Source of the DNA: a virus
DNA length: 41,480 nt
Direction: 5' to 3' (one strand)
Virus record (IMG/VR): IMGVR_UViG_3300044556_000129
The position numbers and the translations under genes are program-made. The notes below the pieces were generated by a model, which was given only the letters and a program-made list of their open reading frames with translations, did not search any database and was not told the origin of the DNA. The first letter of the stretch is position 1, and each line of letters begins with the position of its first letter. Below are positions 40,162 to 41,480 of this stretch, in pieces.

Positions 40162-41480
40162 TTATGCAAAGCAATACTTACTATTTACTACATCATCAAG
40201 ATTTAAGTTCCCTTTCGATGGTATTTTAGGTATTTCTTTTCCTTCGGGGAGCAAGTACTCAACATCCTTTAACCATTCCTCTAAGTAATTGTGGTCTTTG
40301 TACATATTGACTAATTCAGTACGAATAGACTTAAATAAGTCCCCTGCATGTTCTATATCTGTACCAAAACTATCATGAATCATGAAGAAGTTGATATTTC
40401 CTTTTTCAGCTTGATTCATGATTACTCTTTGCATGTGACACGCATCCATACTGTGGATAAAGTTAGGGGCGATTGCTTGGGCTTGTCCCCTTGTGTCTAT
40501 GTTGGTGCTATCTTGGGGAACATAGATACGAATGAAACCACCATTAAAGCGCATACGGCATGTTTCCATGTTAGGTACAAATTTATTCTGTTGGATTGGT
40601 AAGCCATTGGGGCTTGTCCATGCTACGACTTCTCCGTTCTTTCCAATAAGAGAAGCGACCTTTTTCAGCCATTCCATGCCCTCTACGGCCTTTACAACCG
40701 TGGTGGTTACAGCGTCCCAAATCAATTTTGCCATGTAGTTTGCGGCCTGTGAGCGACTCAAGAAGATAGGGCTGTCTTTATGTTCATCAATCCATGGCTT
40801 GATAATGTCGGACTTGAGGTTTTCGGAGAAACCATACGTCCTTGAACCATACGCAAGAGTCATGACAGAACGCTTGCAAACTTTACGCTTGATACCGTCC
40901 GAACCGAATTTCTCGCGGCCATACATCAGCCATTCAGACGCAAGTTCTTTTGTGCCATATGCAATGCACTTTTTGCCCTTGTTGTCAAGTACATATTCGC
41001 CTGTTTTCTTATCTTTTTTGAAGTCATCTGCTGTCCCCTCTAATGCGTCTTTATGTAAGACAACGTTTACTTTATCAGCCACGACTTGATAAATATCATG
41101 AACTTTTTCATCGGGTATAAGATTTACATTTTTTCCACCCACTTCATCAGCAAGAAGCATGGAGAAGTGTTGCAAACCTGAACACGTTCCATCAAAGCTA
41201 ATTGGAAGTCCCGACTTGTAGCCAATTGCGGAACCGTTGTGTTCTGCTTGATAGACACGGAGTCTTTCAAATTCAAAACAGAAAGACAAGAAGCACATAG
41301 GACTTTCGTCACCTGCCACTTCGTTCCACCACGTGTACGTAAGAGGGGAAGCGGCACTCTGTAAAATGTTGTCTTCATTGTCAAGTACCCACTTGATACG
41401 TTCTTCAAATGGGATTTTGTCAAGCCCTGCAAAGCCCGCACCTGCGATGTAGAACCATTTTAATGATTCTTCATTTGTCA
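40162..41480 (-). CDS. T7-like single-subunit RNA polymerase, C-terminal part (ORF open to the window edge; continues into 1-1418)
   Basis: DESPMCFLSFCFEF...PISFDGTCSGLQHFSMLLADEVGGKNVNL...RSVMTLAYGS...IAPNFIHSMDACHM...FFMIHDSFGT...KGNLNLDDVVNSKYCFA aligns with T7 RNAP DSPFCFLAFCFEY...[29 protein letters not shown]...IAPNFVHSQDGSHL...FALIHDSFGT...KGNLNLRDILESDFAFA. Confidence 0.97.
   Translation of the reverse strand, partial: TNEESLKWFYIAGAGFAGLDKIPFEERIKWVLDNEDNILQSAASPLTYTWWNEVAGDESPMCFLSFCFEFERLRVYQAEHNGSAIGYKSGLPISFDGTCSGLQHFSMLLADEVGGKNVNLIPDEKVHDIYQVVADKVNVVLHKDALEGTADDFKKDKKTGEYVLDNKGKKCIAYGTKELASEWLMYGREKFGSDGIKRKVCKRSVMTLAYGSRTYGFSENLKSDIIKPWIDEHKDSPIFLSRSQAANYMAKLIWDAVTTTVVKAVEGMEWLKKVASLIGKNGEVVAWTSPNGLPIQQNKFVPNMETCRMRFNGGFIRIYVPQDSTNIDTRGQAQAIAPNFIHSMDACHMQRVIMNQAEKGNINFFMIHDSFGTDIEHAGDLFKSIRTELVNMYKDHNYLEEWLKDVEYLLPEGKEIPKIPSKGNLNLDDVVNSKYCFA
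41354..41480. repeat. Second copy of the 127-bp terminal overlap
   Basis: Exact repeat of 1-127. Confidence 0.95.

Overview
This window is a complete, circularly permuted genome of a T7-like (Autographiviridae-type) podophage. Bases 1-127 recur exactly at 41354-41480, which looks like an assembly overlap, so the unique length is 41,353 bp and the window edge splits the single-subunit RNA polymerase gene. Almost all genes lie on the minus strand in T7 order. Reading in the direction of transcription: a sigma70-type early promoter with operators (about 2827-2855), the early operon, then RNAP (1418 -> wrap -> 40162). Next come three phage promoters with an AT-rich origin-like region, followed by DNA metabolism genes: dUTPase, gp2.5-like SSB, endonuclease I, a lysozyme-like protein, primase-helicase, anaerobic RNR NrdD/NrdG, family A DNA polymerase, ThyX-like, FTR-like and 5'-3' exonuclease. 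Then come the virion genes (two gp7.3-like, portal, scaffold, capsid, gp11, gp12, internal virion proteins, tail fibre), lysis genes (holin, GH25 endolysin, coiled-coil membrane protein), Dam methylase, and small and large terminase. The interesting departures from the T7 plan are these. (1) Two canonical type II hammerhead ribozymes sit in the intercistronic gaps of the early operon and bracket an 84-aa ORF. (2) The major capsid gene is interrupted by a 616-nt group I-like intron carrying an endonuclease VII/HNH gene. (3) There is a lysogeny-type module: tyrosine integrase, excisionase-like HTH, RHH protein, divergent operator-controlled promoters and phased repeat arrays. (4) The hexamer AGACAC/GTGTCT is about tenfold over-represented on both strands and in all reading frames. 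(5) Smaller oddities include a zinc-ligand-less T7-lysozyme homologue, an endonuclease I gene that needs a -1 shift at an A7 run, two fully overlapping membrane/coiled-coil ORFs in the lysis cassette, and an FTR-like Fe-S protein near the class III RNR. All homology calls come from hand alignment to remembered T7 protein sequences and known motifs. No database search or folding program was run.
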